DNA of 64,000 bases from Vicugna vicugna. Taxonomy: Eukaryota. Shown piece by piece: positions 52,580-64,000 of the stretch; the stretch's first letter is position 1, and each line of letters begins with the position of its first letter. The stretch is taken from NCBI GenBank assembly GCA_013265495.1, contig MU058384.1, positions 5,266,792 through 5,330,791 of the forward strand. The letters are read 5' to 3'. The position numbers and the translations under genes are program-made. A model generated the notes under the pieces. That model was given only the letters and a program-made list of their open reading frames with translations, was not told the DNA's origin and did no database searches.

Positions 52580-53078
52580 TGCCTTCCTGGCAGAGACTAC
52601 CAAGAATCCACTTGTAGGTGAATGAGATCTGTTTATGACTCACGCAGTGACAGAGAGCACACACCCTGGGGGACAGAGAAGGTGGTGGGAATGAATGATC
52701 ATAGGATTTGGGCTTGTGTTAAGTAATTTGGGTGAGGATTTGAGGAAGTGGGGCTTTGCTCTGCATTAGACGCCATCAGGAAGTGGGAGTAATTCTGTGA
52801 TTGAGGAGCCTCGTAGATCTGATCTAGAAGGAAGGGAGACCAGACTGAGTCTACAGCTGTAATTGGTAAAGCTGCAGCCATAACTCCTATTAATCAGGAC
52901 AGGGGGATTTGGTTCTTTTTTGTTGTTTGGACACTGTGTTTTTGTGTTGAAACATCATGGTCTTGTGTTTGTCCTGGTGCATCACGTTTACAGAGTGGTC
53001 TTGCCTAGTGTTGATGCCCTGTGAAATCCTCTGCATCCAATAGGAGAACCCCAGAGCTCCCACTGTCCATCTTTCTCA
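52580..53078 (-). mobile_element. ERV1-class solo LTR (LTR37-like, tentative)
   Basis: Minus strand begins tgagaaag and contains tttcacagggcatcaacactaggcaagaccactctg and ctttaccaattacagct. Confidence 0.6.
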
Positions 53079-53601
53079 ATATGGAATTTAATTGCTTTTC
53101 AGCAGCATTTTATCTTTATCAAAGATAAAGATACCCCGGGTGGGTGGAAGTCATCCCAAGAGATAGGACCTCTGAGCTTTAATCTCTGATCTCTCCTTTA
53201 TCTCTTACGCAGAAGGCATTATATAATTTCTTTTCAAGGCTGTCTTTTGATCTACGGAGGAAGTTGCGTTGAACTCCAAGCAAGTGTCCCATTTCTTTCC
53301 CTTAACTGGAATCTCCTGGTAGGTGTCCAAACCTAATTTCTTTATCCTGGAGGCTAACCCTTCGTGTCCTTGTCCCATTCTTAAAAGGACCAAGTGATAA
53401 TGAGGCTTTGCTGAAGGGGGAAACCTGTGACACAATGTGGTCTTCTGTGCCTGAGGGCTGTTTCTGCATTCCACCAGGGTGGCTGTTTCATGCCACCTAC
53501 ACCTGTTTGGAAGGTTTGGGTGAAAATCAGCAGGAATCTATTTGATTCAAATGGATGTAAAACATTTGCTTGGTAATTTGTTTGTCATGGATCCTGACTT
53601 T

Positions 53602-53835
53602 TTTTTTTAATTGAAGTATAGTTGATTTACAATATTATATTAGTTTCTGATGTGCAGCAAAGTGATTCATATATATACATATATATCTGAAAATATATGT
53701 ATAGCTATGTGTGTATATATATATATTTTTTTTTCAGATTCTTTTCCATTATAGGTAATTACAAGGTATTGAATATAGTTCTCTGTGCTGTACAGTAGGT
53801 CTTTGTTGTTTATCTATTTTATATATAGTATTGTG
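53602..53835 (-). mobile_element. Cetartiodactyl-type L1 3' end
   Basis: ttgaagtatagttgatttacaatatt...cagtaggtctttgttgtttatctatttt; degenerate TSD atggat(c/a)ct(g/t)a(c/t)ttt. Confidence 0.9.
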
Positions 53836-53850
53836 ATGGATACTTATTTT

Positions 53851-53951
53851 AAGCAGTTGTTCACAATCTTGGCTGCACAACAAAATCAAAGGAGCACTTT
53901 TTAAAAAGAAACTGGTTTCAATGACTGGCATGGGGTCCAAGTATCTATCTG

Positions 53952-54004
<53 letters not shown>

Positions 54005-54035
54005 TTAAAAAGATACTCCCAAGGCAATTCTATCA
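53851..54035. mobile_element. MER5B-like MITE containing a (TATC)n microsatellite (53942-54004)
   Basis: agcagttgttcacaatcttggctgcaca...; the tatc repeats are read directly. Confidence 0.65.
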
Positions 54036-54887
54036 AGACTCATTCTTAAAAAGTTGCCCTAAGTTGATGGTGTAAATTATCCTTTGAAGTGATCAAGGAA
54101 GGTTTGTGGCTCTAGGTATCCAGGTTTGCTATAATATGCCTTAAAATTGGATGCTTAGGCCAATAAACTTTATGTGACTGGCTCTTGGAAAAACAACAGT
54201 CAGCTAAAGTCTCAACTGAAAAATGAATCGTCTTACAACAAAACTGGCTAATTTCTCCAAGGCTTTGGTGAGTTAAAGTCATTCTGCTTCCGTAGTCATT
54301 CTCCATGCCTATAAACAGGATGAGGGGGCAGCAGCAGTAAAAACGGGAGCGCCAGTGACTGGCGCTGGGTTGACGAGCAGAGGTATAAACAGAGTCTTGG
54401 GAGGAAGTTGTATTTATAGCAACAGAGAGGGAAGCCCTGACCTCAGAAATGACTGAGGGACTTTGGTGCATATAAATAGTCCGATTATTTCCAACGCTTG
54501 ATAATAACTATTCATCAATAAATATCTTCCAATATGTAGTGGAAATTAATCATTGGTTCAACATTTATTCAGATGCTGATTGTACTTTGGGTTTCTGCAA
54601 AATTGTTTTAGATTAAGCCGTATAATTTCCTAGCGTATAGACAGCAATATATTTCAAATTGAATTACAGCATGAAAACTTGAAAGGAGTTCACTGAGGTG
54701 TAAATGTTAACTTGAGTAACTTCATCTCCTCTGTGAAGGCCAGCATGAAGGGCCTTGAATGTGTTATGTGTGTAACTGATGGTTGTTATTACTCTAGAGA
54801 AAAGAATTGTATTTATTGCAAATAAAAGAATAGACCGAGCAATGTTGTCTGTTATATATACTCTGTATGGAGATATATCGATACATA

Positions 54888-54921
54888 GGTGTATGTGTAT
54901 GTGTGTGTGTGTGTGTGTGTA
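54888..54921. repeat. (GT)n microsatellite
   Basis: Read directly from the sequence. Confidence 0.9.
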
Positions 54922-55114
54922 TTTGCTGAAAATAAACATCCGTGGATCTACTGAAGAGATGCACACACAGAAAGATACTGGAATCATAGCTCATTGAGTT
55001 AATAAGTTGAGTTCCTGGGCTACACTTTTACTTTTAATTACATTCTAGATGGCAGTATTGATAATTTTATTATTGTGGAAGTATGCTGTGTGATATCCTA
55101 ATGTCACATTAGGA

Positions 55115-56465
55115 ATTCACAGGGTTGTTGTGAGGATTAAACAAGTAATACCTAATATGTTCTGCACAGACAGAACATATTAGACATTAACATTCATTTT
55201 ATGGGAAACAAAGGTAGTATAATTGAGTAGTTAAAGATGGAGGGCTGGGCCAGACTTCTTGGGTTTAAATTTTAGCTCCATCCATTCTAGCTCTATGTGA
55301 TCTTGGGCAAGTTATTTAATATCTCTGAACCTCATCCTTAACTGTAAAATGGGACAACAATGACACTCCTAGAACTGTTGTGAGAATTAAGCTGTTTGAT
55401 GTAAGAAAGCACCTTACTCACCTACTCAGTGCTTGGCACAGGGTAAGATCTTGATTGTAAGTACCAGGTGTGTTTAGATTTTTGGTCTTTCTGAGAGTTG
55501 AGTAGTGAGAAATGGACTTTGGCTGAGCAAGGACATTGGCTGAAACAATCTCTATCTGTTGAAGGTGATTTTTTCTGTAATAACACCTGATTCACTGTCA
55601 GTAAAATTTTATGCTAATTACCTCGTCTAAGGAATGCAGCTGAGGAAACTCTTGGGACAAAGCGCTTTGCCTTTCTATCCAGTTACCTTGTACTTCCAGT
55701 GACTTCTGAAGGGGAACAGTAATTTTTTTGAACAGAAATCTGTTTCCATCTCAAGTTGGAAAAAAAATCTAATTAAAATAATTTCAAAAGATTTTTGCTT
55801 ATAGTCTGAATAATATTTAAGTATCTGTTGTAGAAAGGGCTTTCATAAGCATGGAGGACATTGAAGGACAGAGAGGATGTCTGTAGTCCTTTGTCACACA
55901 CTTCCTTTCATCTTCAGGGGCTCTATCGGGTTGACTTCTTGAACTCTCGGTGAAGCTCACTCACAGATCTTTCTGGAAAGAAGGCCCTACCAGGAACTCT
56001 CCAGCGACAACTGTGAGTACCCACTGCCTGGCTGAATGCGCACTGGTTGGCAGTTGCTAAGCACTTTCTCTAAATGTGACAGAGGAAATCAGTGCCAAGA
56101 CACCATCCATGGACCCTGGGAGACTGTGAGGAGCATTTCACCCTGGGGCAGTCTGCTTTCCTTTCTTAACAAAGGAAATCAAACAGATTTATGATAATAC
56201 ATGAACTCAGATGCTACAGAATAAATGGAAAAGATTTAAAAGATTTTTGCATGTTCTCTTCTGATTTTGATGACATTTTGATGACTGTTAAGTAGCATCG
56301 CACTGGAGTTGAAACTGAAGGTTATTGCTTAGCAATCATTATCTAAATAATAATAACAGCAAGAACCAAAATGAGTGTCTCCTGTACGTGTGTCACATCT
56401 CGGCGTGGCTCTGTGCAGAACATATTAGGTATTACTTGTTTAATCCTCACAACAACCCTGTGAAT
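55115..56465. repeat. Perfect 56-bp inverted repeat (55115-55170 and 56410-56465)
   Basis: Checked base by base; the match stops at both ends. Confidence 0.95.
55213..55455 (+). mobile_element. MIR
   Basis: tgtgatcttgggcaagttatttaatatctctgaacctca...ctgtaaaatggg...gttgtgagaattaa. Confidence 0.85.
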
Positions 56466-56635
56466 ATCACTATCAACTAGGGATCCCAGAGTGTAGGGGG
56501 TGGAGGATATTGCACATTGGAAAACACATGGCAGCGTGAGTGGTGCTGGGATTTACTCTAAGGCATAGGATGATTTAGAGATCACAAAATCTGGATCAAA
56601 TCCAGGTGTTCTGCCCTCTGCGTCTCATGATCTGG
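56345..56635 (-). mobile_element. MIR (contains the presumed donor of the 56-bp inverted copy)
   Basis: aataataataacagc...tttaatcctcacaacaaccctgtga...atcaaatccaggtgttctg. Confidence 0.7.
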
Positions 56636-57809
56636 CATTTCTCCAACTAAAGAGTTTCAAAATGAGAGAAAGGGAATGACTCCTGAATATGGAAATACAT
56701 TTATCTAAGGGTAATCCTGTCCTTCTGTTTATTTAATGCCCTTCACTGAAACAACTGTTTTCTATCAGTAGTATAAATGCACATAATATAATTCAAAGAT
56801 TTTTAAACACAGGACAAAAGTTTCGCTTGTTACATGGCTGTGTGCTAATCCCTGAAGTTATTGGGGCTTTTCTTTTCACACGAACATACTTGGCGAAGAA
56901 AAGATTTGCATAATCTCTAATACTGCCCTGTGGTCCTGAATGAATTACGTTTTCCCATTATAGTCCTTGCTTCCCCACATTCTCCTGCTGACTCTGGAAA
57001 AATAGCCTAATTTTCTATCAGGGAAAGGAAAAGAGGCCATTAGTTAGTGTCTGGAAAGAATGAAGGAATTACTGAGCTATTTACAAGGTCTGCACATGTG
57101 GAATCAATTTAAAATTCCATCAGATGGTTCAAAAATGCATTCAAATTATGTAGTTTTGAAATGCTACATTTTGGAATTTGTTTTTTAATAAGAGGCTTTT
57201 TAGGATGGTTTGCCTGATAAGTATCCCCTTTCGTGAATCTGAATAATAAATTGTTTATAATAATACATAAGCCATCTTAATTTAGGTTTTATCCCTGTTT
57301 TCTGACAGTCAGTGCAAATCTGAGGCGGTGTATTACTGCTCCCTGCCTAGTGGGGATGTGATGACCGCAGCAAATTGAAAGAAAATCAGGGCAAGGATAA
57401 ATCCCTCTATTCCATTTGGCTCCTATTGTGATATTTGCCCATGAATTGGCGGTCATATTTATTTAGCCATAGTCTGATTTCTATGCAAGCTTTTCCTTAA
57501 AGAATATGATAGTGTTTAAGCACATGCGGACTTGCAAATGAGATTCCTAAAGCAATAAACTGAAAGGAAATGAATAATACACGTAGAATTGGATATCTAT
57601 TAGAACTCCTGCGATACAACACTTCAAAATTTAGTTGAACTTGGTTAAAGTATGTAAATTCCTAAAGTCAGTGAAATGCAAAATGATATTTCAGTTATGT
57701 GCCCACTAAGATCCGTATTCCTGGCTCAGTACGCACTTTCACCACATGTGTGTGATAACAAGGCTGGAGGTGTGGATGAGGCATGGAGGTTGCAGCATGG
57801 AATTACTGT

Positions 57810-58170
57810 TAGGCTAACTTAGCTCTACCTTTCTGTGCAGAGCTCTCACATATCGTTTCTTCTGATCTTCATAGCAGTTCTACGAAGTTAGATATTATCA
57901 TCTCCCTTTTACAAATCAAGGAGCTTTTGTAGATAGCGAATAATAGGAACAGTGCATGGAAGACAGCATGGTATCATGAAAAGAGGATGGACTTCGGGAT
58001 CAGACAGATTCAAAATCCCAACTTCACCGCTTGGTGCATTGAAGAACTATGAATATATTGCTTAAGTCCTTTAAGTCTTATTTGCATCATCTGTAAAATG
58101 GGATAATTCTACCAACCTCATGAAATTGCTAAGAGAACTGAAGGCAGTGAGTAGTGTGGAAGGCCTCACC
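57810..58170. mobile_element. Two MIR fragments in opposite orientations
   Basis: tattatcatctccctttaca (minus); gatcagacagattcaaaatccca...catctgtaaaatgggataat (plus). Confidence 0.7.
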
Positions 58171-60919
58171 TGTCCCAACTCAGCTTTTTCTGGAAGATAT
58201 GAGCCTTAACTCTAGGAGACTCCAACCCCCACAGTGCTTCTTGGATACTTGGCTGAGATCTCTTTTCTGACATTTCTGACGTTGGGGCACACTTTCCTGG
58301 GCCCTGTTGCTGAAACCATAGGGAGCCCCTGGTGAGAGAGGAGCAAAGTGATCTCTACCCCTGATGAAAATCATTGCCTTCCTGATGCCTCGCTACCCAC
58401 ATCTGGATTTAGTCATCATTCTCCCCAAGGGGTAAAGATCTACAGATGTGTATGTACAGTAAGAATTACATGGCCTTGCTGCTTATAGTTTACATGCTTT
58501 GCTTTTAGCTACTTTGTGGGTACACGTGTTCACCAGCTGTGAGAAACTACTCTACCCACGCGCAGAATTCTTATCACCAACATACGTCTCCTGAGGTCCC
58601 CGATGTGCTTGGTTTGGGCTGTTTTTTTGTGACATGCGGGGTATCTATGGCTTCATGGCATGACCTGTCTCGAACATCTGCAAAGGAAGAAGAGGACAGG
58701 CACTGGTTAAATTCACTCCCCAAATGGAGAAGTGGGGGAGCAGGGAAGGAAATTGTGTACAACATTACGCAGGGAGCACATGATGAAGCGGACCGGGAAC
58801 CTGTTACCCGTCTCTTGTCCACTTCTGTCTCCCCCGGAGGGAATGATGCTGCCTCGACTCGTGGGTGTCACACTCACACCCTTATGCGTGCTCACAAGTG
58901 TATTTTCCAGGGACACCACTGCGGAGACCTCCACCCACCCCAACCCAACTTATATTTAGCTCTGAAGATAAGGGTTCGCTTGACCTCAGCAGAAATCAAA
59001 GGGGAGGGCAGACTGTTGGGGCCTGGAAAGGGGAGGAGGAACTCAAAGAAGTGTCTCTGTAGAAACTGCAGGAAAATCTCTGACCTTGAGGTCCTCGGAG
59101 AGGAGGCGGTCTAGCCCCCATGATGACAGAGTTGAATTAAAATAAAAATGCTTCCAAATATCTGTTGCCAGGAAGCAGATGACATGCTAAATTACTCTGC
59201 AGATTGACTACTTAATTCAGCGATTTCCTGAGTCAGGAGTTGCCAGCAGAGCCATCTTGTCCTTTCTGGCAAAAAAACCCGCTGGGATGGCTGTCTCCAG
59301 TCCCCTTTCCTGTGCTTCCTGCGTAGGAAGGCCTGTTTCCTGCAGAAAGATGCCTGATTAGACGGCACTATTTTGGTAGGCTGGGGACGAGGTAGCAAGC
59401 GAGGCCTTTCCTTTGCAATTGATTCGGGAACAGTGTGGATGTCACAGACATCATAGAAATAGAAATTCTTTCAGAAAATGTAAAATAGGGAATCCAAAGC
59501 AAATTAGACCCAGTAAGAGTTCCAAAAGGTCGTACAGTAACATTTTCGTCTGTTTAATTTTAAGTGTTTTGAGATGCCTGGTTTATTTTTGTCTGTAAAG
59601 AATTCTGCTTCCATTTTAATGCAGTTTCTTAAAACTGAATTTTGAGCAATGGAATTAATATTTACGGAGCAAATATGATGCTGCTAAGGGGTTTAATGCT
59701 GGTAAGGGTTGGCTTCGAGAAGCTAGTCTGGCAGTAGGCTGGAGCTTTAAGACTTGACCCTGAGCCAGTGTGGAGATTTTATAGGACCTGATGGATGAGC
59801 TGTTTGTATCTCAGCTTGTGACTCTTCCTCTGGGTTCTTTCAGCAGTGCCTTTATCTGGTCTCTAAAAGAAGTAAAGGGGATGAATTAGATGCATATAAC
59901 TCAGCAAAGCTAAATAAATACAAAGGTTAGGACCTTTGGGCAAAAGGAAATGAAGGATAGGAAGTAAATTGAAATCGCAAATGAATTTGCTCACAAAACA
60001 TAGAGGGTAAAGATCTATATCTTCTCATACTCGTTTGGCACTGATTCCACGTGACCTCGTGTTACTGTGTGTGTACCTTGTGGGTGCCTGGACCACTTGA
60101 TCAGATTGTTAGCTTCTCCAGGGAAAGGCTGCTGTCTTGGGCTTCTCTGAATTCTGTGTCTGATTCAGAGCCTTACTTGCAGTCTGCACCCCATAAAAGT
60201 TTGCTACCATTGATGGTGATGCTTGAGTTTCTTCTCATCCACAAGCTTCTGTCACAGAACACCAAATATTGCAACATTGTTAAACACATTAACCATGATT
60301 TTGGGAGTTGTTACTATGGATCACAGGGCGTTCCAAGTTAATTGCCTTTAAGCAAATTTGGGATTACTTCGTTGAATAATTTCAAATTTATACTTTTAGG
60401 CTTTTACTCCAATATCTGAGTGTTGGTTAGAGAGCACCTGTCACTAAGAGTTTTGTACAAAAGAAAAATGTCCATTGACCATGGAATGTCCTAGAGCAAT
60501 TCCTTCTCTGGTGGAGGGGGTGACTAGTTGACTCTATTAGCTGATTCTACTCATTTTATGATTCCTTATTTTACCACAGCAGTGATTTTGTGATCGAAGC
60601 TCTATAGCTTATTCTCATATTCGGTATTTCTTTAATCCTAAAGAAAAGAACATAAAATAAGTACTTGACAGGTTGCTTTCAAGTTTCTGCCCTTGACCTT
60701 TTGGGTGTTGCTTCCCAGTATGAGGACTCTGCAGGCCTGAGGGGTCTCTGGATGTATCATCTGCCAGTTTGGGGATTTGTTATCACATCTGCCAAAGAAG
60801 GTCAAAAAACAAAAAATGAAACAAAAGTGAAAATCTGAAGCTTCCCCTTTGCCTGTTTTCTAATAGCACAGTTAAAGAGTTTAGGGGGAAAGAAGTCAAA
60901 GATATTAACTAAAATGAAA

Positions 60920-61215
60920 TTTTGGCAATATTTAAATTAATAATTTTGGTAATTTTTAAAGGTTTTTATTAATAAAATATTATTTTATTAAGCAATATTT
61001 TATCAAATTTTTATTTTTAATCGAGGTAGTATATTTTATTTAGTATTAAATTTGGTAATATTTTATTAAATTATTATTTTATTATCTATTGTATACATTA
61101 TTAATATTTTATTAATCAAATATTTTTATTTTATGCTATTCAAGTGTATTAATGCAGGTAATGAATAACTAATTCTGGTATATATCAATAATCAATAATT
61201 AATTTAGCATATATC
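60920..61215. repeat. AT-rich low-complexity tract
   Basis: Almost entirely A/T, with recurring aatattttat units. Confidence 0.85.
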
Positions 61216-61399
61216 CAAATAAAGGAGAAAAAAGTTCTTAAAAATCATTAGCTTAGCTTGTAAATAAGGAATGAATATAAATTTATCCTGTCTTAATCTG
61301 CATTTTAAATCTCTTATTTGCATCTCATCTCCACCAGATGACCAATTTAAAATAGAGAACACATCTCAACCAGAAGAATAAAAGGGAAAAATGGAATGG

Positions 61400-62670
61400 A
61401 AACTTTTGGAAAAAAAAAATAGTTGTGAGAGGTGAGGAGGGACTTTCTACATATTAAATTGCATTTTAGAGCAATAACATTTAAATCCATGTGGTGCTGA
61501 CAGAGGTATCAATTGCCCAGTAGTCTAGAAATAGATCATATTATAAAAGATCCTCTGATGTATATAAAAATAACATCACATATCAATTTGAAGAGAACAT
61601 TCAATAAATGATGTCAGGACAATTGGCTACTTATTTGAATGAAAATCTTGCTAGATTTGCATTTAATAACACACACCAAAATAGATCAAAATGGGTAAAA
61701 TAGTTATATACTAAAATGAAGTCATTAGCAACTGAAAGAAAATATGGGTACTTGTGTATTTGATCTTATTATGGAAATAAGCTTTCATTTAAAAAATTTT
61801 TTTATCAGAGCATCTTTTCATTTTATTTATGTATTTATTTTAGTGGAGGTACTGGGGATTGAACCTGGGACCCTGTACATGCTAAGCATGCACTCTACCA
61901 CTGAGCATACCCTGCCCCCTAAAAATACACTTTCTAAGAAAAAAAAAGAAAACTTAAAGGGAATAGCGTTACATTTGATAACATAAATAAAGAAACTTTA
62001 GAAACTTTGTATGTCTATTTAAGTTGATTTTTCATAGCAAAAATTATTGAACAATTTTTCAGCATATACAACAGTTACCGTCATTATATAAAAGGCTCTT
62101 ATAAACCAATAACAAAAATATCAAGATACCAAAGTATTGAGTAATGATATTGAAGAGTTAATTGACAAACAAAAATGTTCAAATAGCTAATAAACATCAC
62201 AAATTCAATCTCTAATAATCAGAGAAATGCAAATAAAATCAATGTGATATTATTTTTCTCTCATCAAATTATCAGAAATTTTAAATACAATGTCCTGTGT
62301 TTAGAGGCACTGCTGATGGAGATAAAAATAGATACAACGTTGTGGAGTACAATTTGAAATGTATATCTGTAAAGCCTTAAAAATTTGCCCTTCGATCCCA
62401 AAATTCTACTTTTTAGAGTTTACCCAAAGAGAACAATAAGAGATGTACCCAGCGAGTTATGTGGGAGTATATTCATGTAGCATTGTGTCTTATGTTACAA
62501 TATTGGGAAAGTGTTCAACAATAGGGAAATAATTCAATAAAATTTGATAGAGCCATATCATGGCCCATTATGCAATCTTTAGAACTCATGTTTCTAAGAA
62601 TAATGACAAAATGAAATGCTAATAACATATTCTTATAGAAAAAGTAGAATAGAAAACAGTGTGATCTGAA
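61400..62670 (+). mobile_element. Old L1M remnant with a SINE inserted
   Basis: ttcaataaatgatgtcaggacaattggcta; taataatcagagaaatgcaaataaaa; ccttcgatcccaaaattctacttttagagtttaccc. Confidence 0.75.
61815..61919 (-). mobile_element. tRNA-derived SINE (Vic-1-like)
   Basis: gtggaggtactggggattgaacctgggacc...catgctaagcatgcactctaccactgagc. Confidence 0.9.
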
Positions 62671-62894
62671 TATTGGAGGATGTGGAGGGGATAGGAAAAC
62701 GAGAAAAAGGATGTGTCTATGTGTCTAAATTAAGAAAAACAAAAACAACAGAAGCAAAAGAAATCAGAAGTGATCTGTAGTTTTTTGTTTTCTCTCTTGG
62801 GGGAGGATGGATATTTCTTAATATTTTTATAGTTTTTTAAAATACTTAAAATTGCTATTTTTATAGGCAGAAATGAATCTTACAATAAATGCTA

Positions 62895-62937
62895 CTTTTT
62901 TCTTTCTTTCTTTTTTTTTTTTTTTTTTTTTTTTTTA
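62895..62937. repeat. Poly(T) tract
   Basis: Read directly from the sequence. Confidence 0.9.
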
Positions 62938-63734
62938 CGCTAAGAGCACATGGAAACATATTTTTGGGTGCTGTGGGCGATAAGCTTTCCTAGAGCAGGG
63001 TATTGCTAGCCTGTGACAGCTGGGCTTCCCTGTTCTGCCGAGTCAGAACACCAAGAGAGCTGGCTGCAAAGTTGGCGGAGCCCTTTCTGTTCAAGTGACT
63101 CTACTCAACAATACATTAAACTTGGCAGTTTTTAGGGTCAATAAAAGGTTTGTTTGAAAATGAACCACGTGAAAAATGAAACATGGCCAGTGACTGTAGA
63201 ATGGCTTGTCCATGATGGGCCTTTTATTTTGTGGCCTGCTTCTCTGTTGCTCTGTCTAGATCCTCTGCCCTTACAGTGCAGGGTCATGAGGCGAGCTAGG
63301 TGGACTCTGGCGTTCACACTTTCAGAGCAGGCTTGTCAGGGGTGGGTCCATTTCCATGATGAGTAAGGACAGAAATCTCCTGATGGAGAGCTCATCCAAC
63401 AGGAGTTGCTGCCCGGCACAGAGACCTTGGCTAGTGTCCAGAATATGCGTTAATTATTGATCAGATAGGTTTTTCATTCCAGCTCCACTGTGTCTACTAT
63501 TCCCAGGGGTTGAAGGTTAGGAAGATCTCAAGTAAATGATCGCAAGTTCTTTTTCAGAAGACTGGGCACTGCTTCATTGCATGGTTAGCAATGTGTAATA
63601 ATTTTAAAAAAAGGCAAGCAGCTTTTTCTTTTTTTTTTGCCTAGAATTAGATTAAACATAATCCTTGGCTTCACATACACAACATTGGTCAATGCAAAGC
63701 ACTTATTTTATTTTTATTCGGTTGTTATTTCTAG

Positions 63735-64000
63735 TGCAGTAATCACCCATGAACCCACTGCCTCATCTAGCTAATGGTCCTCCACAGTTCCATTCTCTGC
63801 TTCCCCTTTCCTGACATACATAACCACATCCTGAATTTTGTGTTCATTATTTTCTTGCTATCCTTTCTAATATTCTTTCTGTTAATCTCTACATATTCCA
63901 TAATAGTATAATTTTTTAAATTTTGTTTTTGTTTTATGTAAAAGGGTATCCTCCTTAGGCAATCTTTCAGATTCAGCCATATGGTTGCGTGTTGCCGTAG
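63735..64000 (-). mobile_element. Old L1M 3' UTR fragment, running off the window end
   Basis: taaccacatcctgaattttgtgttcattattt...ttttatgtaaaagggtatc...agattcagccatatggttgcgtgt. Confidence 0.6.

Noticed and set aside
55115..56465. Possible novel DNA transposon with 56-bp terminal inverted repeats
   Set aside because: No TSD outside the arms, the arms are MIR-derived, the right arm is continuous with flanking MIR sequence, and there is no transposase remnant.
57301..57375. Peptide SEAVYYCSL resembling the end of an immunoglobulin/TCR V segment
   Set aside because: No upstream V framework in frame and no CACAGTG heptamer or nonamer recombination signal downstream.
58539..59114. 191-aa ORF on the + strand
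   Set aside because: Non-ATG start, no recognisable domain or splice structure; long ORFs are expected by chance in this GC-richer patch.
1..64000. CRISPR arrays, operons, rRNA genes or CpG-island promoters
   Set aside because: None seen; the sequence is CpG-depleted mammalian DNA with no regularly spaced repeat-spacer structure.

Overview
Mammalian non-coding DNA (intergenic or deep-intronic), most likely from a camelid. The attribution comes from four tRNA-derived SINEs of the Vic-1 type and from cetartiodactyl/camelid-type L1 3' ends; I recognised these from memory, not by a database search. I could not recognise any cellular protein-coding gene or CpG island. The listed ORFs are chance ORFs, microsatellite translations or L1 ORF2 remnants. 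The window is rich in repeats: young 5'-truncated L1s and SINEs with readable target-site duplications (TSDs), old L1M, L2 and MIR, hAT/Tigger MITEs, solo LTRs and an ERV-L internal fragment. A 277-N gap is flanked by an identical 1037-bp direct repeat, almost certainly an unmerged contig overlap. The most notable structures are: (1) a perfect 56-bp inverted copy of a piece of an ancient MIR placed 1.24 kb away and bracketed by two snap-back hairpins, which looks like a recent templated-insertion repair scar; (2) a similar double-hairpin insertion in a MER33; (3) an LTR 3' end apparently retroposed by L1 with a poly(A) tail and TSD; (4) several isolated candidate exons with strong splice sites. 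I found no convincing evidence of a new multi-gene system. Boundaries of old repeats are approximate and subfamily names are tentative.
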